A stretch of DNA of 64,000 bases, from the IMG/VR virus record IMGVR_UViG_3300034061_003277, positions 64,479 to 128,478 of that record; one strand, 5' to 3'. The DNA comes from a virus (lineage: Duplodnaviria > Heunggongvirae > Uroviricota > Caudoviricetes). This document shows, piece after piece, positions 36,710 through 46,338 of the stretch (positions within the stretch are counted from its first letter, which is position 1; every line of letters starts with the position of its first letter). Position numbers and translations under genes: made by a program. Under the pieces are notes generated by a model that saw only the letters and a program-made list of their open reading frames with translations, was not told the origin of the DNA and searched no databases.

Positions 36710-37747
36710 ATGAGTAAAACCTTATTTAAAGAAGCAATTGCCGATGCTAGAGCCGTTAAAGAAACAGCTATAGAAAGTGCAAAGGCTGCACTTGAGGAAG
36801 CATTTACTCCACATCTTAAATCAATGTTCGCTGCAAAGTTAGAAACACTAGCTGAAAACGACGATTATTTAGGAGAAGAGGAAATGAAAGACGAGATGCA
36901 AGACGAAACCCAAAATGAAGCTGCAGAGATGGATCTTGAAGAAATCTTACGTGAACTAGCAGAACTAGAAGAATCTGAAAATTCAAACAAAATCGACGAA
37001 GAAGCCGATGAAGCGTTAGAAGAAGAAGAAACTGAAGGTATCTATGAAAACGAAGACAAAGAAGAAGAATCTGAAGAAGATTTTGACATTGAAGACCTAT
37101 CAGCTGAAGATCTTAAAGAACTTGTAGTTGATATTATGGTTGATTTAGGTTTAACTTCAGCTGAAGAAGCTGCTAAATTAAAATCTAAAGAAGCTGGCGA
37201 CGATGAAATGGAGATGGGTGATGATGAAATGGGTGAAGAAGAAGAAACTGAAACAGAGGTTGTTGACGAAATCGATCTTAACGAACTTCTTGCTGAAATC
37301 GAGCTTTTAGAAAAGAAAAACAAGAAAAAAGCTATGAAAGATGAAGAAGAGAAAGAGAAAGATGAAGAAGACAAAGAAACTAAAAAGTTGAAAGAAGATC
37401 TTCAAGAAGCTATGGATTCATTAAATGAATTGAAAAACGAATTAGATGAAGTTAATTTATTAAATGCTAAATTGCTTTACACTAATAAAATTTTCAAAGC
37501 TAAAAACTTATCTGAGACACAAAAAATAAAAGTATTATCAACATTTGATAAAGCGAGTTCTGTAAAAGAAGTTAAACTAGTATATGAAACTTTATCTGAA
37601 GGATTAACTACCTCAACTGAGAAAAAATCCCCAATTAAAGAATCATTAGGTTCAGCTTCAAAAGCAATGGGTATGGCCCCTAAAAAACCAATAATTGAAT
37701 CCAACGAAGTATTTGCACGTATGCAAAGATTAGCTGGAATTAACTAA
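36710..37747 (+). CDS. Prohead scaffolding protein (T4 gp22-like)
   Basis: Highly acidic coiled-coil immediately before the capsid gene; NLLNAKLLY..K.F motif; C-terminal FARMQRLAGIN. Confidence 0.85.
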   Translation: MSKTLFKEAIADARAVKETAIESAKAALEEAFTPHLKSMFAAKLETLAENDDYLGEEEMKDEMQDETQNEAAEMDLEEILRELAELEESENSNKIDEEADEALEEEETEGIYENEDKEEESEEDFDIEDLSAEDLKELVVDIMVDLGLTSAEEAAKLKSKEAGDDEMEMGDDEMGEEEETETEVVDEIDLNELLAEIELLEKKNKKKAMKDEEEKEKDEEDKETKKLKEDLQEAMDSLNELKNELDEVNLLNAKLLYTNKIFKAKNLSETQKIKVLSTFDKASSVKEVKLVYETLSEGLTTSTEKKSPIKESLGSASKAMGMAPKKPIIESNEVFARMQRLAGIN

Positions 37748-37775
37748 TTAAAATTAAAACTAAATTAATAAACAA

Positions 37776-39473
37776 ATGAACTCAATTCAATCCCTATTAG
37801 AGTCTGCTAATCCATGGAAGTCACTTCAAAGTGATTCAGCTAAGTTAGCAAACAAGTGGACCAAAACTGGTTTGTTGGAAGGTATCGAAAACGAAACCAA
37901 CAAAAACAATATGGCCCTTATGCTTGAAAACCAAGCAAAACAATTAGTAATCGAAAACTCTCAAACTGGAACCGGTGCTACTTTCACAGTAGGACAAGGT
38001 GAGCAGTGGGCTGGAATCGCATTGCCATTAGTACGTAAGGTATTCGGTCAAATCGCAGCGAAAGAATTCGTTAGCGTTCAACCAATGAACTTGCCTTCTG
38101 GTCTTGTGTTCTTCCTAGATTTCCAATATGGTACTACCAAGAACCCATTCGATAGAAACGGATCTTTATATGGTACTACTGGAAGCCAATACCCATTCGC
38201 AACTCCTAACCCAGTTGGTGGTTTGTATGGTGCTGGTCGTTTCACATATTCTACCAACCAATTCTCAGCTTCTGTAACTGCTACTTCTGGTTCATCTGCA
38301 ACTGCACGTGTAGCGTCTTGGGCTAACGTTAACTTTAACTCAGATTTATCAGCTTCTGCTGCTGCTAGTCAAATTATCCAAGTTGTTGTAACTAGTGCTA
38401 CTACAACTTTATCTAACTTTGATGTTGATGCAGTTCGTGGTTTCGTATTAGTATCTGGTTCATACGCTACTGGAACTATTACTAAGAACTTACCAGCATT
38501 CACAGCTTATGATTACACTAACAACACAATTACTTTCTATGTAACTGGTTCAAGTGTTAATGATTTCTATACTGCAGGTAGCGGATCTTATGTTGTAGAA
38601 TACAACAAGTTGACGTCTATGAATACTCGTGGTGATTTCGAAGATACTCCAGCAGTTTCTTACTCAACACCTAACGCTGAGAGCGCAAGCACAATCGTTA
38701 TCCCAGAGATTAACGTTAGCATGCAATCACAAGCTATCACAGCTAAGACTAAAAAGTTAAAGGCAGTTTGGACTCCTGAGTTTGCTCAAGATTTAAACGC
38801 TTACCAAAACTTGGATGCTGAAGCAGAATTGACTAACATTATGAGCGAGTATATCTCTTTAGAGATTGACCTTGAAATCTTAGATATGTTGATCGAAGAT
38901 GCAGCTGCAGGAACTGAGTACTGGACAGCATTAAACAATGGTGTTTACAACCCAGCTAACGCTGCTGGTTTTGATTTCCCAACTTCAACTACTCAAAACG
39001 GATATTACAACACTCAAGGTCAATGGTTCCAAACTCTTGGTACTAAGATCCAAAAGTTAAGTAACAAAATTCACCAGTTGACTTTACGTGGTGGTGCGAA
39101 CTTCTTAGTATGTTCTCCAACTGTAGCAACTATTTTGGAATCAATCCCAGGATTTGCTTCTAGCAACAACGGTGATGCTGCTCAAATGGAGTATGCGTTT
39201 GGCGTACAAAAAGCTGGCCAATTAAACGGTCGCTACAAAGTTTACAAGAACCCTTATATGACTGAAAACGTAATCTTATTAGGATTCCGTGGAACTCAGT
39301 TCTTAGAAGCAGGTGCTGTATTCGCTCCATACATTCCGTTGATCATGACTCCTCTAGTGTACGATCCAAACACCTTCACTCCACGTAAAGGTTTATTGAC
39401 TCGCTTCGCTAAGAAGATGTTACGTCCTGAATTCTATGGTAAGATTTATGTTAGTGGTTTGAACTCTATCTAA
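37776..39473 (+). CDS. gp23: Major capsid protein (T4 gp23-like)
   Basis: VSVQPMNLPSGLVFFLDF, KTKKLKAVWTPEFAQDL, YIPL..TP.VYDPNTFTPRKGLLTRFA. Confidence 0.97.
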   Translation: MNSIQSLLESANPWKSLQSDSAKLANKWTKTGLLEGIENETNKNNMALMLENQAKQLVIENSQTGTGATFTVGQGEQWAGIALPLVRKVFGQIAAKEFVSVQPMNLPSGLVFFLDFQYGTTKNPFDRNGSLYGTTGSQYPFATPNPVGGLYGAGRFTYSTNQFSASVTATSGSSATARVASWANVNFNSDLSASAAASQIIQVVVTSATTTLSNFDVDAVRGFVLVSGSYATGTITKNLPAFTAYDYTNNTITFYVTGSSVNDFYTAGSGSYVVEYNKLTSMNTRGDFEDTPAVSYSTPNAESASTIVIPEINVSMQSQAITAKTKKLKAVWTPEFAQDLNAYQNLDAEAELTNIMSEYISLEIDLEILDMLIEDAAAGTEYWTALNNGVYNPANAAGFDFPTSTTQNGYYNTQGQWFQTLGTKIQKLSNKIHQLTLRGGANFLVCSPTVATILESIPGFASSNNGDAAQMEYAFGVQKAGQLNGRYKVYKNPYMTENVILLGFRGTQFLEAGAVFAPYIPLIMTPLVYDPNTFTPRKGLLTRFAKKMLRPEFYGKIYVSGLNSI

Positions 39474-39492
39474 TCTAAACTAGATATAACTT

Positions 39493-39522
39493 AAAAGGGC
39501 CGGATTTATCCGGCCTTTTTTT
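39493..39522 (+). terminator. Intrinsic terminator after capsid gene
   Basis: GGCCGGA-ttta-TCCGGCC-TTTTTTT. Confidence 0.9.
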
Positions 39523-39590
39523 GTTTTCTCTTATATATGTTTTATACTTAGTAGGTTTCTACTTATATTTATATCAAAATAAAGTATATA

Positions 39591-40505
39591 ATGAAAGAAA
39601 CCCCGTCACAATTAAATGTTCCGTCTTATGTAATGAATTTTCCTTTTACATTAGACACATCTAATCCAAATAACATTTGGATGCAAGAACTAAGCCCCGA
39701 AGAATTAAAAGTAGATAAAAGAAAAGCATATAAACAGTTTATGGACGTTTATAACTTTATATCTGCAGGTGCTTTAGTATATCTATTACCTAATGAAGGT
39801 AATTTTCAAGATCAAGTATATGTAGCAAATTTAGGACTACAATTACCTCACATCACAGATAAAAACACTATCTTATTATCTAACTATACTTCAGAACCAA
39901 GACAAGGTGAAGAATATGTAGGTGAAAAATTCTTTAATATGATGGGTTATGATACCCACATCAGCCCATACAAATGGGAAGGTGAAGCAGATCTAAAATA
40001 CCTACATGATAATGTTTATATCGGTGGCTATGGTATTCGCTCAGATATTAAAGCATATGAGTGGATGGAGAAAAACTTTGATATGAATATTATTAAAGTA
40101 GAAATGGTAGATGATTATTTATATCACTTAGATTGTAGTATATTCCCGTTAACAAGCGAAGACACATTAATTTGCACCGACTTCTACGAGCCCGAAGAAA
40201 TTAAGTTAATAGAACAATATACTAACATTATAGACGTACCTGAGCATATTCATTATTATGATATTACAAATGCTGTACGATATGGTAATATGGTTTTAGG
40301 TAGTTCATTTATTCATGAGTTAGATAAAGGTCATGAATGGTATGACGGTGAGAAAGCAAAAATTGACTTTATGGAGAAAATATGCTATAAACTAGGATTA
40401 GAACCAGTATTTTTCAATATTAGTGAATATGCTAAAAGCGGTGCTGCTTTAAGTTGCATGGTAATGCATTTGAACAGAGTAGATCAAAATAAAATTCTTT
40501 TATAA
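39591..40505 (+). CDS. Guanidino-group-modifying enzyme (amidinotransferase / arginine dihydrolase / DDAH superfamily)
   Basis: NIWM, DQVYVAN, RQGEE, WEGEAD, GYGIRS, YHLDC, EYAKSGAALSC: Asp/His/Cys catalytic set of the pentein fold. Confidence 0.85.
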   Translation: MKETPSQLNVPSYVMNFPFTLDTSNPNNIWMQELSPEELKVDKRKAYKQFMDVYNFISAGALVYLLPNEGNFQDQVYVANLGLQLPHITDKNTILLSNYTSEPRQGEEYVGEKFFNMMGYDTHISPYKWEGEADLKYLHDNVYIGGYGIRSDIKAYEWMEKNFDMNIIKVEMVDDYLYHLDCSIFPLTSEDTLICTDFYEPEEIKLIEQYTNIIDVPEHIHYYDITNAVRYGNMVLGSSFIHELDKGHEWYDGEKAKIDFMEKICYKLGLEPVFFNISEYAKSGAALSCMVMHLNRVDQNKILL

Positions 40506-40511
40506 TAAGTT

Positions 40512-41231
40512 ATGGCTAAAACATTAGAAGAGTGGTTGGACAGTGATGTAAAAGAACTGCTAAAACTACCTACAGGCGACCTCTCAAATACATTTTTCTT
40601 TAGAGATCCACCTCGTACTAATTTCATTAACAATGAATATTTCTTCTCACCAGCAGATGGAACTATTTTATACCAAAAATTTATAACTAATCCAAAAGAA
40701 CCAGTTGTAGAAATTAAAGGTGTAAATTATACATTGCAGGATGTGATGTGTGATCCAACATATGATACTCCATCTCTTGTAATTGGTGTATTTATGTCAT
40801 TTTATGATGTTCATATTAACAGAATACCATACTCTGGTGTGTTAAAATATGACCCAATTGAAAGCATAGAGTCAACTAACAAACCTATGTTAGCACTTGA
40901 AAAAGATATTCTAAACAAAGCTATTAATCCTAATAATTTAGATTATTTAAAAAATAATGAGCGAATGTTTAATGAAATTTATTCACCTTCATTAGATTAT
41001 TCTTATTATTTAATACAAATTGCTGATGAAGATGTAGATGTTATAGCTCCATTTGTTAAATATCAAAATACTTATTTAACCCAAAACGAAAGATTTAGTC
41101 TAATACGTTGGGGTAGCCAAGTAGATTTGGTATTACCGTTAGATGAGCGTTATAAATTTGAATTAATACACCCTGACACGACTCACGTGGAAGCGGGGAT
41201 AGACACGTTAGTTAAACTAATATATAAATAA
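40512..41231 (+). CDS. psd: Phosphatidylserine-decarboxylase-family pyruvoyl enzyme lacking N-terminal membrane helices
   Basis: FFRDPPR, FSPADG, VFMSFYDVHINRIP, IRWGSQVDLVLP (G-S self-cleavage site). Confidence 0.8.
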   Translation: MAKTLEEWLDSDVKELLKLPTGDLSNTFFFRDPPRTNFINNEYFFSPADGTILYQKFITNPKEPVVEIKGVNYTLQDVMCDPTYDTPSLVIGVFMSFYDVHINRIPYSGVLKYDPIESIESTNKPMLALEKDILNKAINPNNLDYLKNNERMFNEIYSPSLDYSYYLIQIADEDVDVIAPFVKYQNTYLTQNERFSLIRWGSQVDLVLPLDERYKFELIHPDTTHVEAGIDTLVKLIYK

Positions 41232-41232
41232 T

Positions 41233-41919
41233 ATGGCTTCGAATGATTACAATGATGAAGTATTTCAAAACAAAAGAAAACCTAAAAATCCTATTAAATT
41301 TAAAATAGAACTTAATAGTGAGCAGAAAGAAGCGAAACAACTAATTTTAGAAAATCCTGTTACTTTAATAAAAGGAATGGCAGGATCAGGTAAAACATTG
41401 GTTGCATGTCAAATAGCATTAGACATGGTTTTTAAGAGAGAAGTTGAGAAAATTGTAATCACACGACCTACTGTAGCAAAAGAAGATATCGGATTCTTAC
41501 CAGGTGATCTAAAAGAAAAAATGGATCCCTGGTTGGCTCCTATATATGCTAACTTGCATTTACTCTATGATAAAGATAAAATAGACAAAATGGTTGCTGA
41601 AGGTCAAATTGAAATTGTACCTTTCGCATTTATGCGAGGAAGAACATTCCCTAACTGTTTTGTAATTGTAGACGAATGTCAAAATATTACTCACGGTCAA
41701 ACTGAAATGATGTTAGGTCGTTTAGGTAAAGGTGGTAAAATTGTATTTTGCGGAGACATAACTCAAACTGATTTAAAACAAAAGAAAGATAGTGGTATTG
41801 GTTTCTTTACTCGTTTAGAAGCAGAAATTAAAGGAGTAAAAGTAATAACATTAAAGACAAACCATCGTCACGAGATAGTAGAACCAATTCTTAAACTTTA
41901 CCAAGAATATAGAGATTGA
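41233..41919 (+). CDS. phoH: PhoH-like ATPase
   Basis: GMAGSGKT, IGFLPGDLKEKMDPW, MRGRTF, IVDECQN, GDITQTD. Confidence 0.95.
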   Translation: MASNDYNDEVFQNKRKPKNPIKFKIELNSEQKEAKQLILENPVTLIKGMAGSGKTLVACQIALDMVFKREVEKIVITRPTVAKEDIGFLPGDLKEKMDPWLAPIYANLHLLYDKDKIDKMVAEGQIEIVPFAFMRGRTFPNCFVIVDECQNITHGQTEMMLGRLGKGGKIVFCGDITQTDLKQKKDSGIGFFTRLEAEIKGVKVITLKTNHRHEIVEPILKLYQEYRD

Positions 41920-41944
41920 TATTTATAATAGATAATCAATCTAT

Positions 41945-44900
41945 ATGACAATAGTTAAACAAAGCCAGTTTGCTAAATCTGCGTTACAAGCTCAAAATGC
42001 AATTACAGCTACTAGTGCATCATTTGCTTCAACCGCTACTTCAGCATCATATGCGGGAACCGCATCTTATGTTTTAACACCAATTATCCCGTCTTTACAA
42101 CAAGTTGTAAATGTTGGAAATAGTATAGTTAATTTTGGAGGAACAGGTAACGCATCTTTACTATCAGTCAATTTTACAAATAATAGAACATTATACCTTA
42201 ATGATAATTCTTATCCTACTATAAGATTAGTAGATAATAACAATTCATCAAATAATCTCCAAATTGATATTGACACCATTAGTTTAGATGGTACTCCATA
42301 CAATTGGTCAGATATTGTTAGTAACACATCTTCATATGCTGAAACTGCATCATATTTAAATTCATTACATCAAGATGTAAATATTTTTGGTAACTTAATG
42401 GTTACTGGTAATTTAAATGTATTAGGAACAGCATCTTTTATATATACTACTCAATCTATTGTAGATATAGGAGCAGGATTTATTAATCTAAACACAGATT
42501 ACCCTGCAGCTCAATTTGGAGGAATAAATGTTGTAGATTCTGGCTCATTTGGTAATGATTCAACTGGATCTTTACTTTGGGATTCATTAAATAATAAATG
42601 GATATATTCTAACCCATCTGGTTCAAGTTACTCAAGTGGAATGCTTATTTCGGGTCCTAGAAACACTGGATCAATAGGTAATGAACAAGGTACTACATTA
42701 AATGCTTTAATGAAAGGACAGGGAGGTGATCATATTACCTCATCAGGTATATTTGAAGTAAGCGGAAGTGTAGGTATAGGGACATCAACTCCTACTTCTG
42801 GGTCATTAATTATTGTAGGAGCATATGCCGCAACTACATCTGCTCCATTAGTTACTCGAAATACTACGCCATATGGAGGAGCTGCCAATCAGTACTCTCA
42901 AGTTTGGCTTAACGCAGCAGGTGGTGTGATGGGTTATTTTAGAAATGATGGAAGGTTATATACTACTAATGATATTAACTCAAATTATATTATTGCAAAT
43001 CAAACAGGAAATGCAGGCACCCCTATAATTAGAGGCCCAGGCACAAGTGGGTTATTTTTTCCTGCAACTAACGGTTTAGCAATAACAACAAATGGTACTG
43101 AAGCACTACGTGTATTTTCTAATCAAAATATTAGTATTGGCACAACAACAGACGGAGGATACAAACTTGATGTGAATGGAACAGGAAGGGTGAGTGGGAT
43201 ATTTGTAGCATCAGATAGATTAACAGTTGGCGGAACAACTATAATTGCAAACGCATCTGTTCAAGTAAACGGAACAAATAAATTTGTTAACTTTAATGCA
43301 GCATATTTAAACGGCAGCTTTTATACTTATCAATGTTTTGGTGGGTATGAAGTTTTTGGTACAGACTCAGCATTAACAGGTTTACTAACTATTGGTGGTT
43401 ATCGCGCTTCGCAATGGACAGGAATAACATTCCATTCAAGTGGCTCTGAAAGAATGCGCATTGCAACAGGCGGAAACGTCCTCATCGGCACAACAACAGA
43501 CGCAGGGTATAAGTTAGATGTTAATGGCACTACTAGACTTGCTGGAAATACTCTAATAGCATCAGCTGCAACCCAACTAGGCACAGAAACAGCTAAACTA
43601 AAAGTACTTTCTGGGTATGAGGGTGGAGTAATGAATGGTATATTAGTGGAAGCAAATGGAGCTACATACACTACCATATTAAGGCATACAGGAAGCTCAC
43701 CTGGATCTTTGTATATTGACGCTACTAATGCAGGACTATCCGCCATGACTAGAGCTATATATATTAATGGGTCTTCAGCTCTTACTAATTATGTAACATT
43801 TGCGGAATCTGGTACCCCACGTTTTAATATATCAAGAGCAGGCACTATATCATTAGCCGGAGACATATATAAAAATATTGATAATTCATCTTTAGCACTA
43901 TACGGCGGTTCAGACGGAGTACAAGACGGATTTATAAAAATTAGTGGAAACTCATATTATTGGGGTATGATCCAATTTAATATGGGATATGATGCTAATA
44001 ACTCTAAAATGACTTGGACTTTACAAGACACTACTGAGTTAATGAGACTTACAGGAGGTGGTAGTTTACTTATTAATACTACATCTAGTGCTGGTTATAA
44101 ATTAGATGTGAGCGGAAGTACTAGAACCAACAACTTTAGATTAAATGATAACTCGTTAATAGCATCACAATATACTGTAGGTGGTACTACATTAACAGTG
44201 CTAAACACAGGCCATAATGGCGCAGTTGGGGTAAAAAGTACATCTGCCGTAGGAGTACACGCCATCAGCAGCTTAGGAGTAAGCGGCAACAACCCAACTG
44301 GAGCATCAGTATACGCTGCTGGAGGTAACCAGACTGGGAACATCTCATTAGGATTACTATCAAACAGAGCATTAATAACCAGTACTACAAACGGTTTAGC
44401 AATGCATACTAGCTCAATGTTGCAAGTTGATAGTACAATACAAGGATTTCTGCCTCCACGTACTAATTTAACTTCTAATATCACTACTCCTGCTCAAGGT
44501 TTAATGACATATCTTACTGGGTCTATTAATGAAGGATTATATTATTACAACAGCGGGTCACAAACTGGGTGGCATAAAGTATTAACTAATATTGGTTTAC
44601 AAAATATAACAGGATCACTCATAGTATCAGGAACATACGGTGGTATTAATACTACTTTTAATAAACCAAATCTATTTGATGCTAATGGAATTGCAAGAGT
44701 AGATTGGTCTACTGGGACCTTAACTAGTGTTGCAAATGATGTAACTGTAGATTGGGAGAATAAAATACTATATGACTCAACTACTAATACAGCATTAGAC
44801 TGGGAGAACAAAATACTATCTGATTCAACAAGTGCTAACAGCATAAATTGGGAAAATAGAACACTATTAGAACCTAGCAATACCTGGGTTGCCTTAGATT

Positions 44901-45382
44901 TCTCTAATGATACTATTGTGTCTAGTGAATTATACAACATTCAAAATATAGCCGACCAAGTACAAAGATCCTTCGCGGACACAGCTAATTATGCTGGTCA
45001 ATTAATACAAGCACCTATAGATGTCGGAGTAGCTGACTACAGTCTAGTTTACTTAGAAACTGATGGGACATGGTATAATCCTAAAGCTACTGTCGGATAT
45101 GGGCCGGATAAGATGCTAGGCATATGTTTAGCCGGCGGTAGCATACTAATAGAAGGAGATATAGGAGTAAGTGATGACAATAGCCAAGGTGTATACATAC
45201 CAGGCGCAGATTATGGTTTACCTGTATATATTTCTGATACTACTGGTAGAATGACAATAACTGCTCCTTCATCTACTAATAATGTAGTAAGAATAGTAGG
45301 TCATATATATTATCGAAGTGCTACAAATAGTAGTTGGTGGACAATGAAATTTAGACCAAGTAATGATTGGTATGTAATATAA
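41945..45382 (+). CDS. Long modular fibre protein (1145 aa)
   Basis: SASFA/SASYA repeats, IGTTTD.GYKLDVNG repeats, 14-aa DWENK repeats. Confidence 0.75.
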   Translation: MTIVKQSQFAKSALQAQNAITATSASFASTATSASYAGTASYVLTPIIPSLQQVVNVGNSIVNFGGTGNASLLSVNFTNNRTLYLNDNSYPTIRLVDNNNSSNNLQIDIDTISLDGTPYNWSDIVSNTSSYAETASYLNSLHQDVNIFGNLMVTGNLNVLGTASFIYTTQSIVDIGAGFINLNTDYPAAQFGGINVVDSGSFGNDSTGSLLWDSLNNKWIYSNPSGSSYSSGMLISGPRNTGSIGNEQGTTLNALMKGQGGDHITSSGIFEVSGSVGIGTSTPTSGSLIIVGAYAATTSAPLVTRNTTPYGGAANQYSQVWLNAAGGVMGYFRNDGRLYTTNDINSNYIIANQTGNAGTPIIRGPGTSGLFFPATNGLAITTNGTEALRVFSNQNISIGTTTDGGYKLDVNGTGRVSGIFVASDRLTVGGTTIIANASVQVNGTNKFVNFNAAYLNGSFYTYQCFGGYEVFGTDSALTGLLTIGGYRASQWTGITFHSSGSERMRIATGGNVLIGTTTDAGYKLDVNGTTRLAGNTLIASAATQLGTETAKLKVLSGYEGGVMNGILVEANGATYTTILRHTGSSPGSLYIDATNAGLSAMTRAIYINGSSALTNYVTFAESGTPRFNISRAGTISLAGDIYKNIDNSSLALYGGSDGVQDGFIKISGNSYYWGMIQFNMGYDANNSKMTWTLQDTTELMRLTGGGSLLINTTSSAGYKLDVSGSTRTNNFRLNDNSLIASQYTVGGTTLTVLNTGHNGAVGVKSTSAVGVHAISSLGVSGNNPTGASVYAAGGNQTGNISLGLLSNRALITSTTNGLAMHTSSMLQVDSTIQGFLPPRTNLTSNITTPAQGLMTYLTGSINEGLYYYNSGSQTGWHKVLTNIGLQNITGSLIVSGTYGGINTTFNKPNLFDANGIARVDWSTGTLTSVANDVTVDWENKILYDSTTNTALDWENKILSDSTSANSINWENRTLLEPSNTWVALDFSNDTIVSSELYNIQNIADQVQRSFADTANYAGQLIQAPIDVGVADYSLVYLETDGTWYNPKATVGYGPDKMLGICLAGGSILIEGDIGVSDDNSQGVYIPGADYGLPVYISDTTGRMTITAPSSTNNVVRIVGHIYYRSATNSSWWTMKFRPSNDWYVI

Positions 45383-45391
45383 AAATAATTT

Positions 45392-45877
45392 ATGGCTAAT
45401 ATATCTCAAATAAATGGCAATGTAATAGCAGCTACTACAGTTGTAGGCTCATACTTTGCTCAAGGTAAATTAAGTGCTAACCAACTAATAGCAACAGGAT
45501 CAGATGTTATTATACAATTTGTAGATGACTATGACCCACAAAGTTGGTGGAATACTTCAACATATAGATTTACTCCAAGTGTAGCTGGTTATTATAACGT
45601 TTCATTTGGTGTGTGGTTTGATAATATGGCTACAACTTCTTCAAACCAAATAAATATTCAAGCTAGAAAAAATGGTAACTCATTTATGATTATACAACAA
45701 CCATGTCAAAATGGTACTGGTATAAGTTTAAATGGTTCTAAAATTATTTATCTTAATGGCAGTACAGACTACCTTGATTTTACAGCTTATAATGGAGCAC
45801 TTGCTTCTAAAAATATACTACAAGGAACAGCCGCTGGATCTGGCACCTGGTTTGCAGCATCTTTACTAACACAATAG
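45392..45877 (+). CDS. C1q-like beta-sandwich virion protein
   Basis: YRFTPSVAGYYNVS...IIYLNGSTDYLDF pattern of C1q-like domains. Confidence 0.6.
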   Translation: MANISQINGNVIAATTVVGSYFAQGKLSANQLIATGSDVIIQFVDDYDPQSWWNTSTYRFTPSVAGYYNVSFGVWFDNMATTSSNQINIQARKNGNSFMIIQQPCQNGTGISLNGSKIIYLNGSTDYLDFTAYNGALASKNILQGTAAGSGTWFAASLLTQ

Positions 45878-45933
45878 TTAATAATAGTTGTAAAGTTTTT
45901 CAAACAACGCCATATTTATAACAAAAACTAAAC

Positions 45934-46338
45934 ATGGCCGCTGGTAGATATTCATTTACAATAGAACAAGGAGTAACAGCTAATTTTGAAATTCAATACC
46001 TGGATTCAAATGGCACTCCTGTAGACTTAACAGGATACTCAGGTAGAATGCAAATTAAATCTAATTATGCTGACCAAAATCCTATTGTTTATCTTACATT
46101 ATCTAGTTCCCTTCAACCTGATGGAACAGGATTAAATTTTAGTGGAAGTAACGGAACAACTCCTCCAACAAGTGGATCTATAGGAGTTTATATTTCTTCT
46201 TGCACATCTTCTTTATTAACATTTGATAATGCATTATATGATTTAGAAATATACACAACTGGATCAGGAAACTGTTCTGTAGTGACTCGCTTATTACAAG
46301 GTACAGTTAATTTAAGTCAAGAAGTAACAACTATATAA
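45934..46338 (+). CDS. Fibre-associated Ig-like/BppU-N-like protein
   Basis: FTIEQG......Y.DSNG.PVDLTGYSGRMQIK...LYDLEI...RLLQG pattern. Confidence 0.55.
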   Translation: MAAGRYSFTIEQGVTANFEIQYLDSNGTPVDLTGYSGRMQIKSNYADQNPIVYLTLSSSLQPDGTGLNFSGSNGTTPPTSGSIGVYISSCTSSLLTFDNALYDLEIYTTGSGNCSVVTRLLQGTVNLSQEVTTI

